Positions 9,254 through 19,699 of a DNA stretch of 64,000 bases are shown one piece after another. Origin of the DNA: Candidatus Omnitrophota bacterium (GTDB taxonomy: Bacteria > Omnitrophota > Omnitrophia > Omnitrophales > Aquincolibacteriaceae); the NCBI GenBank assembly GCA_016930235.1, contig JAFGHI010000021.1:56810-120809 (forward strand), in the 5' to 3' direction. Below the pieces are notes generated by a model. The model was given only the letters and a program-made list of their open reading frames with translations, ran no database searches and was not told the origin of the DNA. Within the stretch, counting starts at the first letter, position 1; every line of letters starts with the position of its first letter. The position numbers and the translations under genes were made by a program.

Positions 9254-10261
9254 TTAGGCCTTCCCTGCTGAGCCCAGGACCTTCTCATTTTTATGCTTGT
9301 ACATTGCAATCAAGGATTCACGCGCAGGGCCCAAGTATTTCCGGGGGTCAAATTCAGCCGGCTTCTCTTTGAAAACCTTCCTGACCGTTGCCGTCATCCA
9401 GAGACGTCCGTCGGAATCAATATTGACCTTACAGACAGATGACTTTGTCGCTTTCCGGAGCTGATCTTCAGGGATCCCAACAGCATCCTTTAAGGCACCG
9501 CCGTTAGCATTGATCAACTTGACGGCTTCGACAGGAACAGAAGAAGCCCCATGGAGAACAATCGGAAAACCGGGGATTCTCCGTTGAACTTCATCCAGGA
9601 TATCAAATCGAAGTTCAGGTGGAATATAAATACCGTCGGCATTTTTGGTGCATTGTTCGGGTTTGAATTTATTGGCACCGTGAGAAGTCCCGATCGAAAT
9701 TGCCAAAGAATCAACGCCGGTTTTCTTGACGAATTCCTCAACATCTGCGGGATTGGTGTAAGTAGATTTTTCAGCCACGACCTCATCTTCAATCCCTGCT
9801 AAAACCCCCAGCTCCCCTTCGACCGTCACATCATGCTGATGGGCATATTCCACGACCTGCTTAGTAAGCTTGATATTCTCTTCAAAGGAATGATGTGAAG
9901 CATCGATCATTACTGAAGAAAAACCCGATTCGATACAGGATTTGGCAAGCTCAAAGGTGTCCCCGTGATCCAAATGGAGAGCCATCGGAACGGGCTTCAG
10001 TTTTTTTTGCTTCGCAAGCTCTTGCATCATCTGAACGGCACCTTTCCCCATGTATTGAAGGAGCGTTTGATCCGCATACTTTCGGGCACCGCTTGAGACC
10101 TGCATAATCACAGGTGACTGACTCTCCACACAGGCAATCACGATAGCCTGAATCTGCTCCATATTATTAAAGTTATAAGCCGGTATGGCGTATCCGCCCT
10201 CCATCGCCTTTTTGAACATCTCCCGTGTGTTGACAAATCCGAGTTCTTTATACGAAACCAT
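9254..10261 (-). CDS. fba: class II fructose-1,6-bisphosphate aldolase
   Basis: The Zn-ligand blocks LHLDHG, SVMIDASH and IGTSHGA are present in a 335-aa protein. Confidence 0.9.
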   Translation of the reverse strand: MVSYKELGFVNTREMFKKAMEGGYAIPAYNFNNMEQIQAIVIACVESQSPVIMQVSSGARKYADQTLLQYMGKGAVQMMQELAKQKKLKPVPMALHLDHGDTFELAKSCIESGFSSVMIDASHHSFEENIKLTKQVVEYAHQHDVTVEGELGVLAGIEDEVVAEKSTYTNPADVEEFVKKTGVDSLAISIGTSHGANKFKPEQCTKNADGIYIPPELRFDILDEVQRRIPGFPIVLHGASSVPVEAVKLINANGGALKDAVGIPEDQLRKATKSSVCKVNIDSDGRLWMTATVRKVFKEKPAEFDPRKYLGPARESLIAMYKHKNEKVLGSAGKA

Positions 10262-10488
10262 TTGATTGCTCCTTTCGTAAAAACTTCTTTTCCCTTATCT
10301 CTCTTTGCCTTACGCTTTAAAAATCAGAGGTGCCGTTTCCAATATCCTCTCGGGGGAATCAATAAGATATCTTGGGGGTTGTATGCTAAACGATATCCGG
10401 GCTTTTTTCAATGTGTAAATGCAAAACACGTTCTCTTTTATACAACCCTTTGATACCCTTTCAGTTGGAGACGAACCTTGGATTCCTC

Positions 10489-10516
10489 TTGCGAAATTCA
10501 TCCTTTGAGGTAATAT
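10489..10516 (+). promoter_or_regulatory. candidate sigma-70 promoter for the GT4 gene
   Basis: TTGCGA, a 16-nt spacer and TAATAT sit about 35 nt upstream of an AAGGAG Shine-Dalgarno and the ATG. Confidence 0.35.
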
Positions 10517-10547
10517 CATGTTCTTAACATTTTCTTCAAGGAGCGTC

Positions 10548-11756
10548 ATGAAAGCCTTACTCTTAACCAATGAATATCCTCCCCATATCTATGGGGGTGC
10601 CGGCATCCATATCGAATACTTAAGCCGGGAGTTGGCCAAACTATGTCAAGTGGATATCCGTTGCTTTGGGGATCAGAAAATCAATGAAAAATCCCTAACG
10701 GTCACGGGGTATGGGCCTATGCGGGACAAGGCCTCGGCTCCCCAGAAATTGACGATCGCCTTTGATGCCGTTCAGCGTTGTCTTGACTTTAATAAGACCT
10801 TGGTCGATGCCGATATCGTCCATTGTCACACCTGGTACACCCATTTCGGAGGAATCCTGGCTAAACTCAATTACTCTATTCCCTTTGTCCTAACATCACA
10901 CTCCCTTGAACCTTTGCGCCCCTGGAAACGCGAACAACTCGGAGGCGGTTATGATTTCAGCTGCTGGGTTGAGAAAACAGCCATCGAAATGGCGGACGCC
11001 GTCATTGCCGTCTCAAAGGATGCCAAGAAGGATATTCTCCGCTTTTTCACAATCCCCGAAGAAAAGGTCCATGTTATTTATAACGGTATTGATCCGGATG
11101 AATATCGCCCGGTCAAAGCACCCGAAAAGTTAACGCCATACGGGATCGATCTAAAGCAACCTTACGTCCTTTTTTTGGGGAGAATCACGAAACAGAAAGG
11201 AATTACTTATCTTATTGAAGCTATTTCACATATGAACCCAGATTTCCAAGTCGTCTTATGCGCCGGCGCTCCTGACACAAAAGAATTAGCCGATCAAGTG
11301 CATTCGCGAATCACTCAACTTCAAAAAGAGCGCAAGGGAGTTATCTGGATTCAAGAAATGCTTCCCACCAACGTAAAAGCAGCCCTCTTTTCCCATGCTG
11401 CCCTTTTCTGCTGCCCCTCTATTTATGAACCGTTCGGCATCATTAACCTGGAAGCTATGGCTTGTGAAACCCCTGTCGTCGCAAGCGCGGTCGGCGGAAT
11501 CCCCGAAGTGGTCGAGGATGGAAAAACCGGTGTATTAGTCTCCCTCAAGCAGAAGAAAACAAGCCCTTTTGAACCGCTCGATCCTAAGAAATTCTCAAAG
11601 GACTTGGCCCAAGCCATCAATCGCTTAATGGACAATGGACCGCTGCGTTTAAAAATGGGGAAAGCAGGACGTAAACGCGCCATTCAAATTTTCAGCTGGA
11701 AGGCCATCGCCAAAAAGACCTTTGATTTCTATCAGTCCCTTGTCAAAAAAAGTTAA
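10548..11756 (+). CDS. GT4 glycosyltransferase, GlgM / Corynebacterium-type glycogen synthase-like
   Basis: LLTNEYPPHIYGGAGIHIEYL and CQVDIRCFG resemble mycobacterial GlgM (Rv1212c), and the C-terminus has the GT-B EX7E-like region. The start is set at MKALLL, which has an AAGGAG Shine-Dalgarno. Confidence 0.65.
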   Translation: MKALLLTNEYPPHIYGGAGIHIEYLSRELAKLCQVDIRCFGDQKINEKSLTVTGYGPMRDKASAPQKLTIAFDAVQRCLDFNKTLVDADIVHCHTWYTHFGGILAKLNYSIPFVLTSHSLEPLRPWKREQLGGGYDFSCWVEKTAIEMADAVIAVSKDAKKDILRFFTIPEEKVHVIYNGIDPDEYRPVKAPEKLTPYGIDLKQPYVLFLGRITKQKGITYLIEAISHMNPDFQVVLCAGAPDTKELADQVHSRITQLQKERKGVIWIQEMLPTNVKAALFSHAALFCCPSIYEPFGIINLEAMACETPVVASAVGGIPEVVEDGKTGVLVSLKQKKTSPFEPLDPKKFSKDLAQAINRLMDNGPLRLKMGKAGRKRAIQIFSWKAIAKKTFDFYQSLVKKS

Positions 11757-11797
11757 ATTCTTTTCTTTTTTTATCTTATCACGCAAAAATCATCATT

Positions 11798-11842
11798 AAA
11801 AAAAGAAGACCACAACCTTGAATTGGTCGTGGCCTTCTTTAT
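11798..11842. terminator. bidirectional intrinsic terminator between convergent genes
   Basis: An A-run precedes a 13-bp imperfect stem (gaagaccacaacc/ggtcgtggccttc, 11 of 13 paired) that is followed by TTTAT. Confidence 0.5.
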
Positions 11843-11860
11843 AGATCTAACAAACGGGTT

Positions 11861-12010
11861 CTAGCCCTGATTGTCCTGACTGTTAAAACCGACTTGATTC
11901 ACTTCACCCAGCCCTTTTTCTCCTCGAACCTTATCTCCCCCTGCCCAAGCAAGCGCGACCGCTGTCGACAAGAAAATTAAGGCGAATGCCAAGGCTATCA
12001 ACTTCTTCAT
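11861..12010 (-). CDS. possible small secreted peptide (49 aa) with a signal peptide
   Basis: MKKLIALAFALIFLSTAVALAWA is followed by a Gly/Asp-rich tail. It lies 17 nt downstream of the RND gene. There is no homology evidence. Confidence 0.25.
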   Translation of the reverse strand: MKKLIALAFALIFLSTAVALAWAGGDKVRGEKGLGEVNQVGFNSQDNQG

Positions 12011-12026
12011 TGCTCACCTCTTTCTG

Positions 12027-15000
12027 TTAAGACGTTTTGACTTTTCGAAATCTGAAAAAGATATCCTTCTCAACACTGAAAACAGACGGGATAAGGACAA
12101 GGGTAATTAACGTCCCAAAGAGAAGCCCCCAGGTCAAGGCCAGCATCATCTCCGCCAACATCGCATCATAACCCGCAAAACCATAAGCCGTCGGCAAAAG
12201 GCCCGCAACCGTAGTTAAGGTCGTCAAGGTAACTGCGCGCAAGCGCGTCTTGGCAATATCCGCAATTTGCCGATGAGGATGGATATCTCCTTTTTCATTG
12301 TTATATTCTTTATCTAATTTCGTAAGCATAATAATAGAATCATTAATAACAACCCCTGATAATCCGAGAACGCCGATCGCAGCATAAAAACCAAACAACA
12401 CTTTCCCATGAAGCCAAAATGCAAAAACAACACCCACAATACCAAAAGGAATAGCCAGCATGATCATCAGAGGCTTCCAAATCGAATTAAAAAGAATGGC
12501 TAGGACGACATAAATCAGAAAAAGCACCATTGTGACAGCATGCCCGATATCACTTTTGGATTCCCGGGTATCTTGCACCTCGCCTCCAAAGGAAATTGTC
12601 GTCGTTGGATAATGAGCCAAAATTTCCGGGAAAATTTTTTTCTCGAGTTCTTCAGCCGCCTCTAACGGCGTCAAACGGCTTTTCTTATCCAGGCCGGCGT
12701 CAACAAGGGTGGTGCGTTTAAGGTCCTGACGGAAAATTGAATTGGGGGACTCGATCTCTTCAACCGAAACAACTTTCCCCAGCAATACCAGATAATCCCC
12801 CTGATTCTCAACCGGGATCGCGAGAATCTTATCCATACTGTCTTTGGCTTCATCAACCGTCGTCAAACGGACATCCATCTCTTCATCGCCCCTGGGAAAT
12901 TCATAAAGAATTGCGCCTTCGAGCGCTGCCCTCAACGTTGACCCCATATCGACGGGGCTAATCGACAAACGCTTGGCCATTTCCTGACTGATGCTGACCC
13001 GGAATTCGGGGATCCGAAACCCTTCATCCACCTCAATCTCCACAAAATCGGGGTGCGCTTCCATCTTCCCAATAATTTCCTGAACAACTTCATTGCGTAA
13101 AACATCATCATTCTGTTTAACTAAAATCTCGATCACTTTTCCGGTGTCTTGCCCCCATCGACTTTTACCGAAAGAAACCTTTCGAAATCCTTCCAGTTCC
13201 ATAATGGGTTTTTCAAGCTCCTTGATCAAACGGTCTGCCGACTTATTTCTCTTCTCTTTGGGGACAATTTCCATTGTGATCCGGAATTTATTTTCTTCGA
13301 TGGCTCCGCCTCTTCGGCTTCTGGCAATTTCAGTTCGATACCCGATCACTTCCTTGCCAACAAAAGGGTCTATTTTTTCTTCAATCTTCTTGACCATGCC
13401 AGCGGTATCATACCGCTTCGTCCCGGCCGCCACTTCCCCGGAGAGCACAATCTCCCTTGTTTCTTCATTCGGGAACATCACAAACTTCATCCGGGTTTGA
13501 ACGATAAAAATCGACAAGACCAACATGAAAAAGAAAGAGACGAAGATCACCTTTTTATACGGCAGGATTTTCTCGAGAAGACGCCCATATTTTTCCTCGT
13601 ACGAGTCAAACCAGTGTTGATACTTATGCCCGGTGCTTTTTTTGTTTCGGCTCCGCCATCTTTCAAAAAGAGGATGGTCAAAACTCATGTGCCCCGGCAA
13701 AATAAAAATAGACTCGAACAAACTAGCGCCCAGCACCAAGAAGATAATAGGCGGGATGTATTGGATAAACGCACTGAATCTTCCTTCGAAAAAATAAAGC
13801 GGCACGAAAGCAATACAGGTGGTCAAGATACTTGCAATAACGGGGAATAAAACATAGGAAGTCCCTTTCACAGCAGCTGTTAGGGCATCAACCCCCTGGC
13901 GAAGCATGCGCGTAATATTCTCGGCCACCACAATCGCGTCATCCACAATCATCCCCATCACGATGATCACCGCAGCCAAGGTTGTCCCATTAATCGTAAA
14001 TCCCATCCAAGAACCCGCGATCAGCGTAAAACACAAGGTAAATGGGATACCCAAAGCCACCCAAATACCTGATCGTTTATTGAGAAAAAGAAAAAGTGTA
14101 ATCAAAATGAGAATGAACCCGATCCCGCCATTGATCCCGATAATGGACAAACGGTTCCTAAGATCAATGGATTCATCATCAAGGAAAAGGACACGGATAG
14201 AAGTCCCAGCAAGCTGATTCTTCTCGTATCCCTTAACCACACGGGTGACTTCCTCAAGGGCGTCCAAGATCCCGGAAGAGCTATTTTTGACGACATTAAG
14301 CATCACCGCCTCATGACCGTTCACCTTGAGGACATTTTCATTTTTCTCAAACCCTTCTTCGATTTGAGCCAATTCCCCTAACCGGACCACACCCCCTTCA
14401 AAACCACCTTGGACAATCAGCTTCTGTAATTTCTCAACAGTGTTGAGTTCCGAGAGGAGCGTAACCTTGGGTTCCTCTCTGGTTTCAATGCTCCCCGCAG
14501 GCTTGCGGATATGATTATTTTTGATTTCCTGCATGACAGTATTGAAAGGAATCTCATATTCGATTAACTTTTCCGGTTTGACCTTGATTTGAATCTCGGG
14601 CTGCAGATATCCTCGGCGTGTCACACTATTGACTTCCGGGAGGTTTAAAAGCTGATCTTCCAACGTGAGGGCATACTTTTGAAGTTTCTGGCGGGATGGA
14701 ACATCCAATAAATGTGTTTCGGTATCGATTAGCGCAATATCCAGAATCGCCTTCTTGGATGTCTTGAAGACACGAATGTCGGGATCGTTAATGACCTCCT
14801 CGGGCAATTCGACATCGAAAACCTCGCTACGGATCTCGGTCAGAATTTCTTCAATACCATAATCCCCACGTTCCAATTCGACGTTGATCGAACTTAATCC
14901 TACACTTGAATGACTCGTAATGCGATAAACGCCGTCGATGCCGCGCAAAACTTCTTCGATAGGCTCCGTAACAAAATATTCAACATCTTCTGCTGTCGCA

Positions 15001-15161
15001 CCTGGATATTGCACCTGGATACGAACACGATCAAAAGTAATATCAGGAAGTTCTTCTTTCTTGGTATGATTCCAGGCGAGAATACCACCCATTAAAACGG
15101 CAATGACAATAGCATTCGTCAAAAAGTGCCGTTTCGCGAAATATGCAATTACTTTTTCCAT
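12027..15161 (-). CDS. RND efflux transporter permease (AcrB/HAE1-like), orphan
   Basis: A 1044-aa protein with 12 TM helices, two large periplasmic loops and the N-terminal ELPDITFDRVRIQVQYPGATAEDVE signature. There is no adjacent MFP or OMF gene. Confidence 0.85.
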   Translation of the reverse strand: MEKVIAYFAKRHFLTNAIVIAVLMGGILAWNHTKKEELPDITFDRVRIQVQYPGATAEDVEYFVTEPIEEVLRGIDGVYRITSHSSVGLSSINVELERGDYGIEEILTEIRSEVFDVELPEEVINDPDIRVFKTSKKAILDIALIDTETHLLDVPSRQKLQKYALTLEDQLLNLPEVNSVTRRGYLQPEIQIKVKPEKLIEYEIPFNTVMQEIKNNHIRKPAGSIETREEPKVTLLSELNTVEKLQKLIVQGGFEGGVVRLGELAQIEEGFEKNENVLKVNGHEAVMLNVVKNSSSGILDALEEVTRVVKGYEKNQLAGTSIRVLFLDDESIDLRNRLSIIGINGGIGFILILITLFLFLNKRSGIWVALGIPFTLCFTLIAGSWMGFTINGTTLAAVIIVMGMIVDDAIVVAENITRMLRQGVDALTAAVKGTSYVLFPVIASILTTCIAFVPLYFFEGRFSAFIQYIPPIIFLVLGASLFESIFILPGHMSFDHPLFERWRSRNKKSTGHKYQHWFDSYEEKYGRLLEKILPYKKVIFVSFFFMLVLSIFIVQTRMKFVMFPNEETREIVLSGEVAAGTKRYDTAGMVKKIEEKIDPFVGKEVIGYRTEIARSRRGGAIEENKFRITMEIVPKEKRNKSADRLIKELEKPIMELEGFRKVSFGKSRWGQDTGKVIEILVKQNDDVLRNEVVQEIIGKMEAHPDFVEIEVDEGFRIPEFRVSISQEMAKRLSISPVDMGSTLRAALEGAILYEFPRGDEEMDVRLTTVDEAKDSMDKILAIPVENQGDYLVLLGKVVSVEEIESPNSIFRQDLKRTTLVDAGLDKKSRLTPLEAAEELEKKIFPEILAHYPTTTISFGGEVQDTRESKSDIGHAVTMVLFLIYVVLAILFNSIWKPLMIMLAIPFGIVGVVFAFWLHGKVLFGFYAAIGVLGLSGVVINDSIIMLTKLDKEYNNEKGDIHPHRQIADIAKTRLRAVTLTTLTTVAGLLPTAYGFAGYDAMLAEMMLALTWGLLFGTLITLVLIPSVFSVEKDIFFRFRKVKTS

Positions 15162-15338
15162 TGTTTCAATAACTCATCATCTATAGCTTTCAAATTCGTG
15201 AGACCTTGGACAACCCAAAAACATGAACTCTCTTTTTTTTTGAAACAGACGAAGCCGGTTCTGCGGATACTCTCGGCAAAACAGGCTTCGTCCTTTTTGA
15301 TCAAGCCCCTGAAATAGCTTTGGGCCGGATAAACCGTT

Positions 15339-15851
15339 TTACCTTCCCACTCCGACCTTCTGCTGTAAAACATCCTGCAAATCTTCCTGTAACGCCTGCA
15401 AATCTTCTTCGTGCTCAACTTCATCCTGAAGAATCTGAAGCGCAATATTGTAAGTCACAGGATCCTTCGTTGCCGTCACATCCATGATATTCTTGTAAAC
15501 ACTGATGGCACATTGCTCACCTTTGATGTTCTGCTCGATCAGCGTCTTGACATGAGGATCTTCCGGAGCATCGTACCCACAATTGGAAAACTTTGGCCAA
15601 TCTTCAGGTTTCGATACAGGAGTGCCTCCAAGCTGAATGATCCTCGATGTGACCATATCCGCGTGACGAAGCTCATCCGCAGCATGCTGAGTCAACTCCG
15701 CAATCACGGCCTCCTTCATTGGCCCTTTGGCAACCTTGGCCCCCAGCCAATACTGGTAATAAGCCAGCCATTCATCCGCGTAGGCCTTCCTCAAAATCTC
15801 AACCACCTTCTTGACATCCATCCCGACAATCTCTCTTCCTCTCGTTCCCAT
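15339..15851 (-). CDS. ferritin-like diiron protein (Dps-like / DPSL family)
   Basis: It has a ferritin-like four-helix pattern with Glu/His ligand blocks (AELTQHAADELRHAD and QDEVEHEEDL). A strong AAGGAGG Shine-Dalgarno precedes the first Met. Confidence 0.6.
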   Translation of the reverse strand: MGTRGREIVGMDVKKVVEILRKAYADEWLAYYQYWLGAKVAKGPMKEAVIAELTQHAADELRHADMVTSRIIQLGGTPVSKPEDWPKFSNCGYDAPEDPHVKTLIEQNIKGEQCAISVYKNIMDVTATKDPVTYNIALQILQDEVEHEEDLQALQEDLQDVLQQKVGVGR

Positions 15852-16090
15852 CGGAAACCTCCTTCACCATCATTTACGCCCAGTTTTCAAACAGGAGACA
15901 TTCTACCAAAAAATCCAGGGAATGCCATTGCTATACCGCCCCCCTATATGGAAAATAATCATAAGTGAATCCCGAAATACAGTGCTATATTATTCCCAAG
16001 AAAAAGAGAATGGAAATTTTCGGTAAACCGCAACCGTCGGATATTGTTTCAAACTGACTCTTGACTGATCGATAGTCATCAAAGGGCACC

Positions 16091-16918
16091 ATGGGCACAA
16101 AAAAAACCTGGGAGGATAGGTATCAGGCCAGGTTTGATCAACACAAGGTTAAGCCGGCTCTCAGAAAAAAATACCAGGATTCTTTTAAGGATAGGGCCGA
16201 ATTCAAGGCTAATGTAATTTATGAGAGGATTCACCATTGCCTGGGTAGAATTCCGAAAAGCTGTTGTGATATCGGATGCGGGTTTGGTGTTGTCGCCACC
16301 CGTTTTGCCAGAGAAGGCATAGAAACATTAGGAATTGACCATGATGATGATTTGATTGAAATATGCCGCTTAAAGCAGGAGGAAGAGGGACTCCCCGGTA
16401 ATCTTTGTTATCAATCATTCGACATTTCAAAAACACTCCCCGAGAAAAAATTTGATCTGATTCTCTGTATCGACACTTTGGAACATATCCAAGATGACGC
16501 AAGCGCTCTTCACAACATGGTTTCATCCCTACAAGAAAACGGGGCTATTTATATATCAACGCCTAACAAATTCTGCTTGTTTTCTCTTCTGAGCGATCCT
16601 CATTTCCATGTCCCTTTGGTTTCCTTGATGCCGCGTCGCTGGACCGAATTGATTGTCAGCAAATTATTGCGAAAAATTTATGCCGTCGACGTCGAAAAAC
16701 TTTATTCTTTATCATCGTTGAGACAGTTGTGCAACCGCGCCCATTTAAAGATTCGGCATATCAATTTAGAGCAATTTCGAGAAACGGTCATCACCCAACC
16801 TACCCCTTTCCGGAAAATGCTTAACGCTTTATGCCGAATAAATTTTTTGAAATCCGTTTTAGAAAATATATACATTCGGTTAATCGTCAGAGAACACTGT
16901 TTTCTTTTACAGCGCTAG
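16091..16918 (+). CDS. class I SAM-dependent methyltransferase
   Basis: Motif I (CDIGCGFGVVA) and motif II (LILCIDTLEHI) are present. Confidence 0.6.
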   Translation: MGTKKTWEDRYQARFDQHKVKPALRKKYQDSFKDRAEFKANVIYERIHHCLGRIPKSCCDIGCGFGVVATRFAREGIETLGIDHDDDLIEICRLKQEEEGLPGNLCYQSFDISKTLPEKKFDLILCIDTLEHIQDDASALHNMVSSLQENGAIYISTPNKFCLFSLLSDPHFHVPLVSLMPRRWTELIVSKLLRKIYAVDVEKLYSLSSLRQLCNRAHLKIRHINLEQFRETVITQPTPFRKMLNALCRINFLKSVLENIYIRLIVREHCFLLQR

Positions 16919-17107
16919 GCAAAAGTCATCCGGAAATTTCTCTCCGCGCCGCATTGATTCAACCTCTAAAGATCCGTCGCGGCTACAACAGCAAAATAGG
17001 AATATGCTTCATCGAAAAATATTAAATTTTTCCCTAAAACCATGGCACTATTTTCGGGGTTGAATCACGAGTGACGGACTTTGAGAGGAAAACACCGTTC
17101 CGGTTAT

Positions 17108-17650
17108 TTATGTATGACTAATCCAATAGAGGCGGTTATCTTCGAGCTTATATAAAAGAGGCGCTATTTTAATCTTCGGGTATTGTTGCGAAAGACGTTG
17201 GGTTTCGCTTAGGATAAAATCAATTTCATTACCGATTTCGAACAAGGGCGAATAATGCATAAAATGATCTTCAGCTCTTTGAGCACCCCAGCCCGCATGC
17301 TCGCATAAGCCTTGAATGAACTGTTGTTTTCGAGCCTTGAGATTGACCATGCCGCATTGTGTGTGGCCTATGCGAGCCATATGTTTTACGCCGCCCACCG
17401 CAATGGCATAAGAAACCTTAAATTCGCTATAACGCAAATTAGCCCTGCCGGTTTGAAGGATATAAGCAAAGTTTTCCGGAATATTCAGCTTCTTGCGGTT
17501 ATCCATACACATTCCGATTAAGAGTTCAGCTTGTTCATAACTTTTATGCGGCATCCTGGAATTGTGATAAAGAAGCAGATCCCCTATCGGCGTTTTTTGA
17601 AATTCCTCCGGGATATCTTTCCTCTCACGAATCATAAGAAGTTTATGCAT
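17108..17650 (-). CDS. beta-class carbonic anhydrase
   Basis: The two beta-CA zinc-ligand motifs are present: CMDNR (CxDxR) and GHTQCG (HxxCG). Confidence 0.65.
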   Translation of the reverse strand: MHKLLMIRERKDIPEEFQKTPIGDLLLYHNSRMPHKSYEQAELLIGMCMDNRKKLNIPENFAYILQTGRANLRYSEFKVSYAIAVGGVKHMARIGHTQCGMVNLKARKQQFIQGLCEHAGWGAQRAEDHFMHYSPLFEIGNEIDFILSETQRLSQQYPKIKIAPLLYKLEDNRLYWISHT

Positions 17651-17682
17651 CCTCCACCTCTAAAAAATAGATTTTTTTTCTT

Positions 17683-18468
17683 TCATAGCGGAGCTGACAG
17701 TGTACGTTCGACCTGCATTGATCCATTTTGACTCGCTGCCCACATCTTTTTGACGGCCGCTGCATCAATCCTTAATGTATCAATGATCTCCTGAGCCCGC
17801 TTGAGATGCCGTTCAAATTTCTGAAGGGCTGCCTCATAAACTAATAAAAACCAGCTACTCTCCACAACCATAATCGTGGCCATGGTTTTAAGCTTTTGGG
17901 ACTGTGGCCCCTTCATCTGATAGGTCACCTGAACGGCTTCCCTTCCCCCTATCATCAGCACCTTTTCCTTCGGTTCACCTTGAGTTCCAGAGCTAGACTC
18001 GATCTTGCGCACCAATTCTGCCGCCATGGCGCGGCTCGTGTCTACCTGTGGTTTGACAGGCCGGCCCATCATTTGCACCTGGAGCATAACTTCAGGATCG
18101 GTCAGCGGCGAAAATTCAAAAAACCGCATAAAAGGTCCGCGATGCTCAAGCGGTGCTGCAAGCCATGTATCCTTAGGATGAAAAATTCTCAGTACTTTCT
18201 GCTGATTGACGGTCGCTGAGGCCTCATACCATTCCTGATCGACCTTAACATCAGCACCGGTCTTCTTCACCGACCGCAACATTTGTGTCTCGCCCGAGTT
18301 GACGGCCGAACCGTCACTTTCCAAATACTCGGTTATATCTTTGCCGTCCTCCTCAACCCAACTGGCAACTTCCTGACCGTCTTCCAAAACAATATACTTC
18401 GTCCCCGTAAGCAGGAACAAATTGGCAATAAAAAAAAGAAATACCCCTGATTTCTTCAAAGTCATCAT
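17683..18468 (-). CDS. hypothetical secreted protein
   Basis: It has an N-terminal signal peptide. Its start overlaps the upstream SGNH gene stop by 4 nt, so the two are likely co-transcribed. Confidence 0.4.
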   Translation of the reverse strand: MMTLKKSGVFLFFIANLFLLTGTKYIVLEDGQEVASWVEEDGKDITEYLESDGSAVNSGETQMLRSVKKTGADVKVDQEWYEASATVNQQKVLRIFHPKDTWLAAPLEHRGPFMRFFEFSPLTDPEVMLQVQMMGRPVKPQVDTSRAMAAELVRKIESSSGTQGEPKEKVLMIGGREAVQVTYQMKGPQSQKLKTMATIMVVESSWFLLVYEAALQKFERHLKRAQEIIDTLRIDAAAVKKMWAASQNGSMQVERTLSAPL

Positions 18469-19469
18469 CGCAGCTCCTTACCGCTTTCCGGCTGGTTATT
18501 TGTCTCTCTAAATAGAGCGTCGAAAATAATCTCAGCCAGAAGAGCATTGCCGCTTGCGGAATAGTGTGCTCCATCCCAATAGAGAGTTCTCTGATCTCCA
18601 GGGTATTTTCTGGCAATCAAGGTAGCCCCATCGATGAAATTGATCTTGTGGTCACTCAAGAAATTCTCAAACCACTTATAAGCTTCACTTCTATCCGAAA
18701 ATTCGTTTCGGCTGGGAGATAAAACAACCGTAAGATCCGCCCCCTTCTCTTTCAAAAAAGCAACCAGTTGTTCGAGGAGAATTTCACAAATATCCGATGC
18801 TTCTTTGATTGAAATCTTCTTATCACCAGCCATTTTTGAAAACAAGTTAGCTAAAACAGGACTCGGTTCGACAAATCTCTTATAAAGCCAGCTCTCCGCT
18901 AACAGGTTCCTTATATTGAATCTTTGCACCGGAACTCCGGTAAGTTTCAAATTTGTCCCATCAAATCTAAAAAGCGGTTTTCTTTTACCATAAAGGGTAT
19001 TCGTCGCTATGTCCTCAAGATCATTCGCAAAAAGGACAAGAATGACATGCTGGACATAGGGAATTTGACCGATATCCGATTTTAAGCGCAGATAGCTTTG
19101 GTCAAGTCCATAGCCGGGCACGGCTAAATTTTGAACTTGCTCATTTTTTAACTTATTTTGAAGATAAAAGGACAAAGTTTGATTGTCCGGAAGGCCATAA
19201 CCCCATGCGACTGAATCGCCTGCGATAAGAATTTGCGACCGTTTTGGATCAATCTCTTCTGAGCGGAAACCCTTCGAATTTGTATGAATACTGCCGGAAG
19301 GACGGTCGGGCAACGAAAGATTGGGAATTGGACTCCATCCGAGATAAGAATCAAACGATATAAACGTAAAAGGGTCGCGTCTTAAGAAATAATGAGAAAC
19401 ATCGATGATGAGACAACCGAGCGTAAGCGCAAGGATCGAAGAAACCAAAAATAGAAGAAAATTCGGCAA
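18465..19469 (-). CDS. SGNH/GDSL-family hydrolase (membrane-anchored)
   Basis: An N-terminal TM helix is followed by block I IAGDSVAWGYG. Confidence 0.6.
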   Translation of the reverse strand: MPNFLLFLVSSILALTLGCLIIDVSHYFLRRDPFTFISFDSYLGWSPIPNLSLPDRPSGSIHTNSKGFRSEEIDPKRSQILIAGDSVAWGYGLPDNQTLSFYLQNKLKNEQVQNLAVPGYGLDQSYLRLKSDIGQIPYVQHVILVLFANDLEDIATNTLYGKRKPLFRFDGTNLKLTGVPVQRFNIRNLLAESWLYKRFVEPSPVLANLFSKMAGDKKISIKEASDICEILLEQLVAFLKEKGADLTVVLSPSRNEFSDRSEAYKWFENFLSDHKINFIDGATLIARKYPGDQRTLYWDGAHYSASGNALLAEIIFDALFRETNNQPESGKELR

Positions 19470-19699
19470 TAAAGATTTGATTTTTTGAAGGCTACTGATA
19501 GTCTTTCCCTCCCCTAAAAAAAGGCCGAAAATTGGCCATGAAAAATTTTATTTCCCGGCAACGCCTGTTGACGGCAACTTCCCGTCCTTTCTAATCTTAT
19601 CTGAAAGCGAGAAACCGAAACTAACGGTATTGTAGCAAACTCCCATCGATAACCGAAGACCCTTGAAAGATATCAGGATGTGAGCGGTCTAACATATCC

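Noticed and set aside
13149-13850. Long antisense ORFs inside the RND, NuoL-like and P-type ATPase genes (for example 13149-13850, 32366-33070, 23911-24342)
   Set aside because: They lie opposite well-supported long genes, have low-complexity composition and no recognisable domains. These are typical shadow ORFs.
15149-15445. 98-aa ORF spanning the RND start and the ferritin-like gene end
   Set aside because: It overlaps two confident genes on the same strand in another frame, is Arg/Lys-rich, and has no Shine-Dalgarno.
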